DNA from: Henriciella sp.
GTDB lineage: Bacteria > Pseudomonadota > Alphaproteobacteria > Caulobacterales > Hyphomonadaceae
DNA length: 64,000 bases
Direction of reading: 5' to 3'
Assembly (NCBI GenBank): GCA_017642885.1
Contig: JAEPOM010000015.1
Location: 13,059-77,058 of the forward strand
Each line of letters begins with the position of its first letter. Within the stretch, counting starts at the first letter, position 1. The translations under genes were made by a program, and so were the position numbers. This document shows positions 36,633 through 47,104 of this stretch, in pieces. The notes beneath the pieces are model-generated. The model saw only the letters and a list, made by a program, of their open reading frames with translations, was not told the origin of the DNA and ran no database searches.

Positions 36633-38126
36633 CTATGCGGTTAGAGTTTGCCGTAGAGCGTGCTGCCAACCATCAATCAGCTTCGTGCGAACATCTGGCG
36701 CCATTTTCGGCTCAAACCGTTGCCCTGGAGCTGTCCGATTGCCCCACTCCGCCTCACTGATCCAGCCAAGCCGTATTCCCGCCAGTGCGGCGGCGCCGAG
36801 CGCCGTCATTTCCATGAAGTCTGGACGCTCGACCGGGCGATCGCAAATGTCCGAAATGAACTGCATCAACCAGTCATTGGCCGCCATGCCGCCATCCACA
36901 CGCAGTACCGAGACATCGGCGCCATCTGCGGAAAAGGCCGTTAGCAAATCATTCGTCTGGTACGCCGCTGACTCCAGACCGGCGCGAACCAGGTGCGCCG
37001 CGCTCGCGGCCCGGGTGAGCCCGGTCACGCTGCCCCGCGCATTCGCATCCCAATGCGGCGCGCCAAGTCCGGTAAAAGCTGGAACGATGTAGACGCCAGC
37101 ATTATCCGGCAGGTCCGCGGCCATTCGTTCGCTCTGCGCAGCATCCGCAATTAGCCCCAACTCGTCGCGCAGCCATTGGATCACGGTGCCTGCATTGAAG
37201 ATCGCACCCTCAAGCGCGTAGGCCGTCCCGCCACCTTCGATTCCGTACCCCAGCGTACCAAGTAGACGGTTTTCTGACGCTGGCACGTCCTGACCTGTGT
37301 TGGCGACCAGGAAAGCGCCCGTACCGTAGGTTATTTTCGCAGTTTGCGGCGCGAGGCATCCCTGCCCGACCAGAGCCGCCTGCTGATCGCCAATCGCCGA
37401 CAGGATCGGGATGGCGCGCCCAAACAAGGCAGGATCCGTCTCGCCAAAATGCGCACCGCTGGGCTTCACATCGGGCAAAAGCGCTTCCGGCACATTCAAC
37501 ATGTTCAGCATCTCGCTCGACCAATCTGTGTTGGCATCCACGCTCAAAGGATAGAGCAGCGTACGAGACGCGTTGGTCAGGTCAGTTGCGTGGACGCCGC
37601 CGCCAGTCAGCCGCCAGATGAGATAGGAATCCACGGTTCCGAACGCGAGTTCGCTTGCTTCCGCGCGCGCTCGGGCGCCTTCGACATGATCGAGCAGCCA
37701 GGCAACCTTGGTGCCTGAAAAGTATGGATCGATCAGCAGTCCTGTTTCCTGTTGAACCTTCGACTCAAACCCCTTGGCTTTCAATGCCTCGCAGCGATCT
37801 GCCGTCCTTCTATCTTGCCAGATAATCGCTGGCGCGATCGGTGCCGATGTTTGTCGGTCCCAGACAAGCGTGGTTTCGCGTTGGTTGGTGATCCCGATCG
37901 CGGCGATGCGATCCGCACCGCCAATTTCTGAGATCACCTTGTGGCAGACTTGGAGGGTCTTTTGCCAAATCTCTTCGCCGTCCTGCTCAACCCAACCATC
38001 GTCTGGATAGGTCAGCGGCACCTCTGCTTGCGCGAGACTTACAGGCGCGAACGATCGATCGAATGCAATCGCGCGCGTCGAAGTTGTACCTTCATCAATC
38101 ACCAGAATGAGGTCAGGTTCCGCCAT
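36633..38126 (-). CDS. glpK: Glycerol kinase
   Basis: IDEGTTSTRA, GITNQRETT, DPYFSGTK, TDLTNASRT, GDQQAAL, TYGTG, LRVDGGM; ggagg RBS before 38126. Confidence 0.97.
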   Translation of the reverse strand: MAEPDLILVIDEGTTSTRAIAFDRSFAPVSLAQAEVPLTYPDDGWVEQDGEEIWQKTLQVCHKVISEIGGADRIAAIGITNQRETTLVWDRQTSAPIAPAIIWQDRRTADRCEALKAKGFESKVQQETGLLIDPYFSGTKVAWLLDHVEGARARAEASELAFGTVDSYLIWRLTGGGVHATDLTNASRTLLYPLSVDANTDWSSEMLNMLNVPEALLPDVKPSGAHFGETDPALFGRAIPILSAIGDQQAALVGQGCLAPQTAKITYGTGAFLVANTGQDVPASENRLLGTLGYGIEGGGTAYALEGAIFNAGTVIQWLRDELGLIADAAQSERMAADLPDNAGVYIVPAFTGLGAPHWDANARGSVTGLTRAASAAHLVRAGLESAAYQTNDLLTAFSADGADVSVLRVDGGMAANDWLMQFISDICDRPVERPDFMEMTALGAAALAGIRLGWISEAEWGNRTAPGQRFEPKMAPDVRTKLIDGWQHALRQTLTA

Positions 38127-38200
38127 AAAATCCTCCGCAGCTTTCATCGGCGCTGATCGCGGCCGATCACTACTTGATCATCGCTTCGCTCGTCTCAGCG

Positions 38201-38308
38201 TGTTCGTTTTCGAACAAACTCTTGAGCGCTGTCAACCACTTCAGGCTCCGTATCTCAATCGCAAACAGGAATATTCGTATTCGCACTCACTTTTATCGTT
38301 TACGAACA
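38201..38308. promoter_or_regulatory. GlpR-like operators in the glpK/glpD divergent promoter
   Basis: TGTTCG-TTTT-CGAACA (38201-38216, arms perfectly complementary), TATTCG-TATT-CGCACT (38272-87), TTATCG-TTTA-CGAACA (38293-308); resembles the E. coli GlpR TGTTCG half-site. Confidence 0.7.
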
Positions 38309-38353
38309 TAGCAGGCAAGCTTAGGACGTCTGTGATGAAATAGGATTCACGCC

Positions 38354-39856
38354 TTGTACGACATCCTGATTATTGGCGGCGGCATCAACGGAGCTGGCAT
38401 TGCACGCGACGCAGCAGGCCGCGGCCTTAAAGTACTATTGTGCGAAAAGGACGACCTCGCCTCACACACATCCTCCGCGAGCACCAAGCTCATCCATGGC
38501 GGATTACGTTATCTCGAACACTATGACTTCGCGCTGGTTCGGAAGGCCCTGATGGAGCGCGAGGTGTTGCTGAAAGCAGCCCCCCACATCATTTGGCCTC
38601 TTCGATTCGTACTGCCTCATCACAAAGATCTCCGCCCCTCCTGGCTGATACGGCTGGGCCTGTTTCTCTATGATCATCTTGGCGGGCGTAAGCTCCTTCC
38701 CGCAACGAAGACTCGCAAAAGATCGAACAGCGACGTCTTTGCGCCATTAAAACAGGAATTCACCAAAGGTTTCGAGTATTCCGATTGCTGGGTAGAGGAT
38801 GCGCGTCTGGTCGTCCTGAACGCTATGGACGCTGCAGATCGCGGCGCGACCATAATGACGCGGACAGAATGCCTTGGAGTTGAGCGAAGGGACGACGGAT
38901 GGGTCGCAACCTTGCGCGTTGACGGGAAACCCGATCTGACGGTCGAAGCCAGAACCGTCATTAACGCTGCCGGCCCATGGGTCGATCACATCGCCGGGGT
39001 CGCTGGCGTGAAATCCAGCGATGCCCCCCAGGTTCGGCTCGTAAAAGGCAGTCATATCATTGTCCCCAAACTGTTCGACGATGAGCGCTGCTTCATCTTC
39101 CAATCCGGCGACGGTCGAATTGTGTTCGCGATCCCTTATGAGGACAATCGCTTCACGTTGATTGGAACAACCGACCTCGCCTTTGAAGGCGACCTCAATC
39201 ATGTCAAAGCGTCGCCTGACGAAATCGACTATTTGTGCAGTCTCGCGAACGAATACTTCGACCAGCAAATCACTGCCGATGATGTCGTTTCCACCTATTC
39301 GGGCGTGCGTCCCTTGTTCGAAGATCAGGCTGAGAATGCATCATCTGTGACGCGTGATTACGTCCTCAAACTCCAAGGCGGGGATGACGCTTCATTCTTG
39401 TCCGTCATTGGCGGCAAGATCACCACCTATCGAAAACTCGCCGAAGACGCACTGAAAGCGCTCAAGCCCTGCCTACCTCAACAAGGGAGCGCCTGGACGG
39501 AGCACTCGCCACTGCCTGGCGGAGATATCCCTAATGCTGACTTCGCGACATTCGAAAACCATTGCGCTGAGGTCTATGATTGGATGGATCGAAAAACGCG
39601 ACATCGCCTCGCCCGAACCTATGGCACGCGAATTCATGCGATCCTGAATGGATGCAAATCACCAACTGATCTCGGCGAACACTTTGGCGGGGGACTTTAT
39701 CAGAAGGAGGTTGATTACCTCATCGAGCAAGAATTTGCTCGAACTCCGGAAGACATCATAGAGCGTCGAACCAAGCTTGGCTTGCACATGAGCCCGGAAG
39801 ACATCAACACGTTTCAGGCCCGGCTCAAAACCCGGCTTGCAGCCCAAACGCAATGA
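38354..39856 (+). CDS. glpD: Aerobic glycerol-3-phosphate dehydrogenase
   Basis: IIGGGINGAGIARDAAGRG, TSSASTKLIHGGLRYLE, VKGSHI, GTTD, SGVRPL, GGKITTYR. Confidence 0.97.
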   Translation: MYDILIIGGGINGAGIARDAAGRGLKVLLCEKDDLASHTSSASTKLIHGGLRYLEHYDFALVRKALMEREVLLKAAPHIIWPLRFVLPHHKDLRPSWLIRLGLFLYDHLGGRKLLPATKTRKRSNSDVFAPLKQEFTKGFEYSDCWVEDARLVVLNAMDAADRGATIMTRTECLGVERRDDGWVATLRVDGKPDLTVEARTVINAAGPWVDHIAGVAGVKSSDAPQVRLVKGSHIIVPKLFDDERCFIFQSGDGRIVFAIPYEDNRFTLIGTTDLAFEGDLNHVKASPDEIDYLCSLANEYFDQQITADDVVSTYSGVRPLFEDQAENASSVTRDYVLKLQGGDDASFLSVIGGKITTYRKLAEDALKALKPCLPQQGSAWTEHSPLPGGDIPNADFATFENHCAEVYDWMDRKTRHRLARTYGTRIHAILNGCKSPTDLGEHFGGGLYQKEVDYLIEQEFARTPEDIIERRTKLGLHMSPEDINTFQARLKTRLAAQTQ

Positions 39857-39976
39857 TCAGATTTGCGAGGATCTTAGCGCTCGCATCCGCCTGAAATTCG
39901 CATAAGACATACACAAGGCCGAATAACAGAATACACGGCACCAGCATTACAGAGGTTCACGGGAGGACCTTCCAGC

Positions 39977-41533
39977 ATGGACGCACTACAAGTCGGCATC
40001 TTCTTTTTCATTACGGCCGTGATTGGTTTTCTAACCTATCTCAACTGTCGAAACGCACCGTCTGGAGATCGTGGATCGGACCACGACTACTTCCTCGCGA
40101 ATGGCGGCCTCAGCTGGTATTTCGTAGCGGGCTCCATCACGCTGACCAATCTTTCAACGGATCAGCTGGTCGGTATGAACGGAAACCAGATGTTGCTGCT
40201 CGCCTGGTGGGAACTGGCGGCCGTGGTAGGCCTACTCATCCTGGCTTACGTGTTCATCCCGATCTATTACCGCAACAATTGCACCACGACGACGGAACTG
40301 CTTCAGCGCAAGTATGACAACAAGCATATTCGGGCCGTCATCTCCGTTCTGTTCCTACTTGGAAACCTGTTTATTTTCCTGCCAGCTATTCTGTACGGCG
40401 GCTCGCTATTTCTGAAATCCACAACGGGTGCAGACTTTTCAGGCCTGCTTGGCGAACGATTGTTCGTGGGCACCGCAGTGGAAGTCGACTCCACCATTTT
40501 CGTGATGGCCATCACCTTCGCCATCGTTGGCGCCCTATACGCCATTCTCGGCGGCCTCCGCGCCGTGGCAGTGTCGGATACGTATAGCGGGGTTCTCATT
40601 CTCTCACTCGCAGTCTTGGTTGTGATCCTGGCCCTGAACGCCATTGGTTGGGATTTCTCGGGCGTGCCAGCAGAGCGCATGAATATGTTCATCGGCAGCA
40701 AGCTGGAGGATGGGAGCGAGACCCCTATTCCCTGGCATACGCTGCTCACCGGTATGATCTTCATTCAGATCTTCTGGAGCACCAATCAAACCATCACCCA
40801 GCGCGCGATGGCCTCGCCGAGCGTTGAGGAAGCCCGCAAAGGCATTCTCGCTGCCGCTGGCATTCGTTTGCTCATCGTACCCGTAATCGCAGTGGTGCCC
40901 GGTGTCGTCGCATACAAGTTGTATGGTGATGTCGGCGACGCAGCTTATGGAATGATTGTGGGAGACATCCTTCCGCCAATTCTCTCAGGCGCCTTTGCAG
41001 CAGCGATTGCGGCGGCGGTTCTGACAACCTTTAACTCCATTCTGAACGCATCCGCAGCGCTCTACGTCTGTGACTTCCATGAGTCCTACATCGACGAAGC
41101 CCGAGACGTCCCGAAGCTCAGCATGTATGTCTCGGTTGCGATGACGGTTCTTGCGATTGCGCTGGTCCCAGTTTTTGCTTCACAGGAAAGCATCATCAAT
41201 ACCGTGCAGCAGCTTTATGGCTTGCTCTCGATGCCAATCCTGTCCGCGTTCATTGTTGGTCTGGCGTTTCGAAATGTCAGCGCATGGGCGGCCATTCTTG
41301 GCGTCGTCACCGGGGTTGTGGCTTACGCGGTCTTCAGCTTCAAACTGTACCGCTATGTCGGAATTTCGCCGAGTGAAGGCTTGGGCGCATCGCTCGCAAG
41401 CGTGCACTATATCCACTACATGTTTGTGACTTTGGTTGTCAGCATCGGCACCGCGCTGCTGACCAACCTGATCATTTTTGGCCGTAATGCCGAACTCACG
41501 ATCGGACGGTCTGCGCCGGCAGCCGCTCAATAG
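39977..41533 (+). CDS. Sodium:solute symporter (SSS, YidK-like sugar subgroup)
   Basis: DYFLANGGL, SITLTNLSTDQLVGMNG, GGLRAVAVSD, NQTITQR; 13-14 TM helices. Confidence 0.92.
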   Translation: MDALQVGIFFFITAVIGFLTYLNCRNAPSGDRGSDHDYFLANGGLSWYFVAGSITLTNLSTDQLVGMNGNQMLLLAWWELAAVVGLLILAYVFIPIYYRNNCTTTTELLQRKYDNKHIRAVISVLFLLGNLFIFLPAILYGGSLFLKSTTGADFSGLLGERLFVGTAVEVDSTIFVMAITFAIVGALYAILGGLRAVAVSDTYSGVLILSLAVLVVILALNAIGWDFSGVPAERMNMFIGSKLEDGSETPIPWHTLLTGMIFIQIFWSTNQTITQRAMASPSVEEARKGILAAAGIRLLIVPVIAVVPGVVAYKLYGDVGDAAYGMIVGDILPPILSGAFAAAIAAAVLTTFNSILNASAALYVCDFHESYIDEARDVPKLSMYVSVAMTVLAIALVPVFASQESIINTVQQLYGLLSMPILSAFIVGLAFRNVSAWAAILGVVTGVVAYAVFSFKLYRYVGISPSEGLGASLASVHYIHYMFVTLVVSIGTALLTNLIIFGRNAELTIGRSAPAAAQ

Positions 41534-41539
41534 GACGGT

Positions 41540-42331
41540 CTAGGCATCATCCGCGACGTGGAGCTCCATCTCAGCCTCCCGGATGGCTTGCATAAAGGCC
41601 TCCGGAGGCGCCTGATCGGTGTAAAGGTGGTCGATGTCCGAATAGTCGCCCAGCCGCACCATGGCGCGGCGCCCAAACTTGGCTGCATCAGCAACCAGGA
41701 AGACAGTACGTGAGTTTTGAATAATCGCCTGGGCCGAGCGGATCTCCTGATAGTCGAAGTCGAGAAGCGTGCCATCTTCATCGATACCGCTGATGCCGAT
41801 CACACCGATATCGAGCCGGAATTGTTTCAGGAACTCAGTCGTCGCTTCACCAACAATGCCGCCATCTGACTGGCGAACAAAACCGCCAGCAATCATAACA
41901 TCCGACCCATCGGTCTCGCGCATCATGTTGGCGATGTTGATATTGTTGGTGACGATGCGCAGATCGTTGCGGCCGACCAGTTCTGCCGCGATCGCCTCCG
42001 TCGTGGTTCCAATGTTCAGGAATAAAGACGCGCCATCGGGAATACGTTTGGCGACCATGCGAGCGATCTTGCGCTTGCCGTCCATACCCTCTTGCAGGCG
42101 ATCCTGATAAGGCTGGTTGTAGGCATTGCCGATGCGCCCGGCACCACCATGGAACCGTTCGATCAAGTCTAGCTCACATAGCAGATTGATGTCCCGGCGA
42201 ATGGTTTGCGGAGTCACCCCAAAATGGCGCACGAGCTGCTCGGTTGCAACATAGCCCTGCGAACGGATCAGCTCGAGGATTTCCTTTTGTCGCCCCGGAA
42301 GATTGGATACATCAGCGTCGCTCATTTCCAC
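41540..42331 (-). CDS. glpR: DeoR-family repressor GlpR
   Basis: RQKEILELIR, FGVTPQTIRRDINLL, FHGGA, LFLNIGTTTEAIA, ADAAKFGR. Confidence 0.92.
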   Translation of the reverse strand: MEMSDADVSNLPGRQKEILELIRSQGYVATEQLVRHFGVTPQTIRRDINLLCELDLIERFHGGAGRIGNAYNQPYQDRLQEGMDGKRKIARMVAKRIPDGASLFLNIGTTTEAIAAELVGRNDLRIVTNNINIANMMRETDGSDVMIAGGFVRQSDGGIVGEATTEFLKQFRLDIGVIGISGIDEDGTLLDFDYQEIRSAQAIIQNSRTVFLVADAAKFGRRAMVRLGDYSDIDHLYTDQAPPEAFMQAIREAEMELHVADDA

Positions 42332-42398
42332 CTACTTTCTTCGGTTCCGCGTTGGCGAGATGCATGGTCAAGTTCCGTGTCACACGCCGAACCGCAGA

Positions 42399-44540
42399 TC
42401 AAATCGCCTCAAAATGATAAATCAAACAAGTCTCTGGATGCAGCAAAGGCACTTGCAATCCGACATGCTCTAGCGCCTCACCCGGCAAAACAGTCCCCTC
42501 CTCGTTGAGGCTCAACGCCTCTAGAACCGAGGGGCGTGACACCGACCGGACTTTTTTCGGCCAGGCGATTTTGGTGCGATAAGACTTGCTGCGATCCAGA
42601 CCTGGAACATAGATTCGCCCTGGCAACGTCTCGTTATGCCCTGTCACATTGCACCAGGAGACCAAGGCCTCTGACTGGTCGGGCGCCACGACCCCCACGG
42701 CATTGACGTGTCCTGGCGTATCCAGTCGATAATAGTCGCCGCCATGGATGAGGGCGCGATGCTGTTTATGCAGAGCGATACCCGCTTTCAGGATGTTGAG
42801 ATTGTCCTGGCTCTCTGACAACAGGTTGAGCTCCATCCCCATGTGTCCGAACAGGGCCGTCGCGACGCGCATCTCCATCTTGAGACGGCGCCCGGTAATG
42901 TGACAGGTTTCCGGCCCGACATGCGCGCCCATAATTTCGAGCGGGAAGAAATGCGATGCCCCGCGCTGGATGCTCTGACGATCAAGCGCGTCGTTGCTAT
43001 CGGATGTCCAGATCCGGTCCGTGCGCTGAAGAATGCCATAATCGGCCCTGCCGCCGCCGGATGAGCAGCTTTCAATCTCCAGATCAGGATGCGCTGTGCG
43101 TACGCGGTCGATCAACGCATATAGCGCGCGTGTCTGCCGACTAATCGCTGGGCGGCCTCGACTGCCAGGGTGATGAACATCCCGGTTCATGTCCCATTTC
43201 ACGTAGGAGATATCATGGTCACTCAGCAATTTATGCAGGTGTACAAAAAGGTACTCACTCACCTCTGGTCGCGTGAGATCGAGCACGTACTGCCCCCGAA
43301 AGGGCACTTGTTCGACCCCCTCGGCTTGGAGGATCCAGTCCGGGTGCTTGCGAAACAGCTCGCTGTCCGGGTTGACCATTTCAGGCTCGAACCACAGCCC
43401 GAACTCCATGCCCAGCGACGTGACGTGTTTGATCAGCGGCCCTAACCCCTCCGGGTAGACATCCTCAGATGGCCACCAATCCCCGAGCCCGGCTTTGTCG
43501 TTTCGGCGAGCCCCGAACCAGCCATCATCAAGAATGTAGCGCTCCGCACCCACTTCCGCTGCTTTTTCAGCCAGCTTGAAAAGCTTGTCGGAAGCATGGT
43601 CGAAATAGACAGCTTCCCAGGTATTATAATGGATCGGACGCGGTTTGCGCTGAATACGATCATCCATAATCGTGTGCTTGAGATGGTGATGAAACTTACG
43701 TGAGAGCGCGCTGAATCCTCGGCTGGCAAACCCAGCAAAGAGGCACGGCGTCCGGTAGGTTTCGCCTGGCGCTAGAGACAGCTCCCCCGGGAAAAAATAT
43801 TCCCCCATCTGAACGAACGCCCGGCCATCACTCAGTCGATCAACGCGAACGCGGCTGTTTCCGCTCCAGCCGAGATGAAATGCGAAACATGGCCCGGCCT
43901 GCTCGTTCGTTTCGGCAGCGCCCAGGACGAGGCCCGGGAATTTGTCGTGGCTCGTGCGACCGCTCTTGTTCTCGCGAACGTAGCTGCCGAGAAATGGCGC
44001 GACTTCTTCGAGCTGAAATTCTCCCGACCAACGCCCGGTAAAACCAAACAGGTGCTTGGCCCGCGGATCCAGCGGTAAATTCCCGGACGCACACCAGTCA
44101 ATCGCGAGACCGTCGGTTCCGATATTCTCAATCTCGGTCTGACAGGTCATCACGCTGCTGCCGGGATCGACGCCAATCAGATGCGTCGCTCGCACTTTCG
44201 TCGTCTTATCTTCGCAGACAATTTCGACCCGGTTTGTGTCTGACTGGCGCACCTCTGTTACGCGGAAAAAGCTCGCCCAGGCGGTTCCATTCCGGTGCGC
44301 AGAAAAACCTGGGGAGCCGGAGACTCCGGCTCCGGTTTCGTTCAGGAGCGAGCTCTCGACTTCGGCATCAGCGCTTCCGGGTGCGTGCTGACGAGACGTC
44401 ATGCGCAAGAGCAGCGCAGGATCCGACTGGACGAGCTTCTCCCCCCAGTACAGGATGCATGGCCGGGCACCGACAGCACAGTTCAGAACAAGGCTGGTAT
44501 TGCCAGCTGTCAGCGTGACAAAGTCAGATGACTCACTCAT
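42399..44540 (-). CDS. GH36 alpha-galactosidase, cytoplasmic
   Basis: YNTWEAVYFD, LDDGWFG, FGLWFEPEMV, YVKWDMNR, IESCSSGGGRAD, WTSDSND; no signal peptide; start at MSESSDF. Confidence 0.95.
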   Translation of the reverse strand: MSESSDFVTLTAGNTSLVLNCAVGARPCILYWGEKLVQSDPALLLRMTSRQHAPGSADAEVESSLLNETGAGVSGSPGFSAHRNGTAWASFFRVTEVRQSDTNRVEIVCEDKTTKVRATHLIGVDPGSSVMTCQTEIENIGTDGLAIDWCASGNLPLDPRAKHLFGFTGRWSGEFQLEEVAPFLGSYVRENKSGRTSHDKFPGLVLGAAETNEQAGPCFAFHLGWSGNSRVRVDRLSDGRAFVQMGEYFFPGELSLAPGETYRTPCLFAGFASRGFSALSRKFHHHLKHTIMDDRIQRKPRPIHYNTWEAVYFDHASDKLFKLAEKAAEVGAERYILDDGWFGARRNDKAGLGDWWPSEDVYPEGLGPLIKHVTSLGMEFGLWFEPEMVNPDSELFRKHPDWILQAEGVEQVPFRGQYVLDLTRPEVSEYLFVHLHKLLSDHDISYVKWDMNRDVHHPGSRGRPAISRQTRALYALIDRVRTAHPDLEIESCSSGGGRADYGILQRTDRIWTSDSNDALDRQSIQRGASHFFPLEIMGAHVGPETCHITGRRLKMEMRVATALFGHMGMELNLLSESQDNLNILKAGIALHKQHRALIHGGDYYRLDTPGHVNAVGVVAPDQSEALVSWCNVTGHNETLPGRIYVPGLDRSKSYRTKIAWPKKVRSVSRPSVLEALSLNEEGTVLPGEALEHVGLQVPLLHPETCLIYHFEAI

Positions 44541-44621
44541 GTTGCCCTCTTCCAAATCGCAAGCGCTTTCCTCTTCGAGACATTCTGCAAAGAACACAAA
44601 TGTTGGAAATAGGAAATACTA

Positions 44622-44637
44622 TTGTCGTATTCGAAAA
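44622..44637. promoter_or_regulatory. GlpR-like operator in the alpha-galactosidase/galT divergent promoter
   Basis: TTGTCG-TATT-CGAAAA, same CG-W4-CG geometry as the glpK/glpD sites. Confidence 0.55.
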
Positions 44638-44838
44638 TATGAAGCGGAAAATATACACTCGCCTGATAGCAGGTTACGCTTTTGCAGCGCCTCATGCTTC
44701 CCGTCTCACTCAGCCATACGTTGGCAGAAGTTGCAGCAATCCCTCGATCGGGCATAGCCATTTCCGGTGTGATCGAATACGAACGCTCTAAGGAGCCAAT
44801 TACCAAATCTGGCTCAGACACAGGCCGGAAAAGACACG

Positions 44839-45921
44839 ATGGAAGACGAGCGGACAATTCTTCAACGCACCGCTTCGGGCCGGGACGTTCACCGTCGCCA
44901 TCATCAGAAAAGCGATGGCCGCGATCTCTTTCTGTACGGTTTCAATCGCCATGAAGGCGCCCGAGTCCGCGGTGAAGATCTTCAGACGGTCCAGGGGTCG
45001 GAGCTGCGCCGTCACCCACTTCGTGGCGACTGGTCAATTTATGCCGCGGGCCGTCAAAACCGAACCTTTAAGCCGGGCGCCTCAGCCAATCCACTTGCGC
45101 CAAGTGTGCATGGTGCGCCGCTGACCGAGATCCCATTCGAAACTTTCGAACTGGCGGTGTTCTCAAATCGCTTCCCCAGCCTCTTTCCTGGCGCGACCGA
45201 GCCGGCTCGTTCGGATTTGGACATGCACGCGGCGCGCGGCGCCTGCGAGGTAATCGTCTATTCACCCGAACCAGTCGGATCACTTGCAACGCTGAGCCAG
45301 GATAGACGCCGCCTCCTGCTCGCGGCCTGGATCGATCGCTATCAAGCGATGTTCGAGGCCGGCTGCGCTTTCGTGCTTCCCTTTGAGAATCGCGGCGATG
45401 AAGTTGGTGTGACGCTGCACCATCCGCATGGACAGATCTACGGATTCCCCATCGTTCCGTCGCCGCAGCAGATCGCGTCGGATGCGTTCGAGCAAGGGTA
45501 TGATCTCGCCGCCGATGTGAAAATCTGGGGTGACGCGTATCGCATCGCAGAAGCGGGAGGGCTCGCGTCCTATTCACCGCGCTTTGCACGCTTCCCCTAC
45601 GAAGTCTGGATTTCCGCCTTAGAACCAGTGTCCGGGCCCTGGGCCTTCAATGAAGAGCAATCCGACGGCTTTGCGCACCTACTTGGCGACACGGTGAGGC
45701 GATACGATGCGTTTTTCGGACGCGAAACGCCCTGCATGTTGAGCCTGCACGCCGCGCCTTATGGCCGTGATGGAAAGTTCCAGTTCACCGCTCAATTCTA
45801 CCCGCTCTTGCGAGCGCCAGATCGCGTGAAATATCTCGCGTCCGTGGAACAGGCGACCGGCGTGTTCACCGTCGACGTCATGCCAAGACAGGCCGCCGAC
45901 GCCTTGCGAGGTGCGGTATGA
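44839..45921 (+). CDS. galT: Galactose-1-phosphate uridylyltransferase
   Basis: [57 protein letters not shown] (HxHxQ). Confidence 0.93.
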   Translation: MEDERTILQRTASGRDVHRRHHQKSDGRDLFLYGFNRHEGARVRGEDLQTVQGSELRRHPLRGDWSIYAAGRQNRTFKPGASANPLAPSVHGAPLTEIPFETFELAVFSNRFPSLFPGATEPARSDLDMHAARGACEVIVYSPEPVGSLATLSQDRRRLLLAAWIDRYQAMFEAGCAFVLPFENRGDEVGVTLHHPHGQIYGFPIVPSPQQIASDAFEQGYDLAADVKIWGDAYRIAEAGGLASYSPRFARFPYEVWISALEPVSGPWAFNEEQSDGFAHLLGDTVRRYDAFFGRETPCMLSLHAAPYGRDGKFQFTAQFYPLLRAPDRVKYLASVEQATGVFTVDVMPRQAADALRGAV

Positions 45922-46982
45922 GCCTCTCCGCTCAATTCGTTGCCGCGTATGGCCGCGCGCCGACCGCGACCGCATCCGTTCCTGGACGAGTCAATCTGAT
46001 CGGAGAACATACAGACTATAATGGCGGCGCCGTTCTGCCCGCCGCGATCGAGCGTAAAATTGACATTGCCCTCGCCCCCAACGGCTCATCCACGACATCC
46101 ATTCAGTCTACGCGTTTCAACGGCAGAATTGAACGCCCCACAGGCGACCCGAAACGCAATGAATGGACCGATTATGCGATGGGCGCGCTTTGGAAGGCCG
46201 ATGCCCTTGGCTGGCTGTCAGGCGGCGTCGATCTGCTCATAGAGAGCAACGTACCAGACGGCGCCGGGGTGTCTTCGTCAGCTGCGCTGATCACGGCGAT
46301 TCTGCGCGCCGCGGCGGAGACTGCAAACGTCAAAGCTGATCCGGTCGATGTCGCGAAGCATGCCCGCGCCGTCGAGAATGAGTATATCGGCATGCCGTGC
46401 GGAATCATGGACCAATTGGCGGTCGGCTTGGCCAGTCCCGGCTCTGCTCTCGCCCTAAATACGCAAGATCTCAGCTTTGAAGTGATCGATATTCCTGCCG
46501 GCTGGAGCTTTGCCGTCATTCATTCTGGCGTTCGCCGCGAGCTCGCTGACGGCCGCTACAAGGCGCGCTTCGAAGAGTGTCAGAGCGCAGCCGACGCATT
46601 GGAAACGGACACGCTCTGCCTCCTGGATTCCGCGCAACAAGACGCGATGGAGGCACTGCCGGACCCGCTCAAAAAGCGCGCGCGACACGTCACGAGTGAA
46701 CACTTGCGAACGGTACAGGCCACCGCCGCGATGAAGGCGTCCGATCTCGAAGCATTCGCGCGCTTAATGAATGAAAGCCACCGCTCTTACGCTGAGGATT
46801 TCGAAGCTTCGACCCCAGAAATCGATGCGCTTATCGCCGACGCTGTGGACAGCGGAGCACGCGGAGCTCGTCTGACAGGTGGCGGCTTTGGGGGCTGCAT
46901 TGTCGTGTTGTTGGAAAGCCAACTGGAAGCCGACTGGATCGGTGCATTTCTGGACCGTCATCCCGGCACCTGGCAGGTTTGA
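45918..46982 (+). CDS. galK: Galactokinase
   Basis: PGRVNLIGEHTDYNGG, PDGAGVSSSAA, CGIMDQ, GARLTGGGFGGC. Confidence 0.96.
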   Translation: MSLSAQFVAAYGRAPTATASVPGRVNLIGEHTDYNGGAVLPAAIERKIDIALAPNGSSTTSIQSTRFNGRIERPTGDPKRNEWTDYAMGALWKADALGWLSGGVDLLIESNVPDGAGVSSSAALITAILRAAAETANVKADPVDVAKHARAVENEYIGMPCGIMDQLAVGLASPGSALALNTQDLSFEVIDIPAGWSFAVIHSGVRRELADGRYKARFEECQSAADALETDTLCLLDSAQQDAMEALPDPLKKRARHVTSEHLRTVQATAAMKASDLEAFARLMNESHRSYAEDFEASTPEIDALIADAVDSGARGARLTGGGFGGCIVVLLESQLEADWIGAFLDRHPGTWQV

Positions 46983-47104
46983 TGACGACGGCGACTGCAC
47001 TGGACGCAACGATTTGAATTGAATAAGGCCGGTCAGGGACAGCAACTTGTGCAAGTCGCGGGCGCCGCGCCAACGCACAAATCGAGAGAAAGATAGCTGG
47101 AACT

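Noticed and set aside
40750-40800. Symporter reads QIFWSTNQ where relatives, as I recall, have FYW
   Set aside because: A possible one-codon deletion, but it cannot be verified without an alignment and the frame is intact
46983-47104. Possible second cobalamin riboswitch before cobT
   Set aside because: No B12 box or gggaa/gcaactgt core motifs
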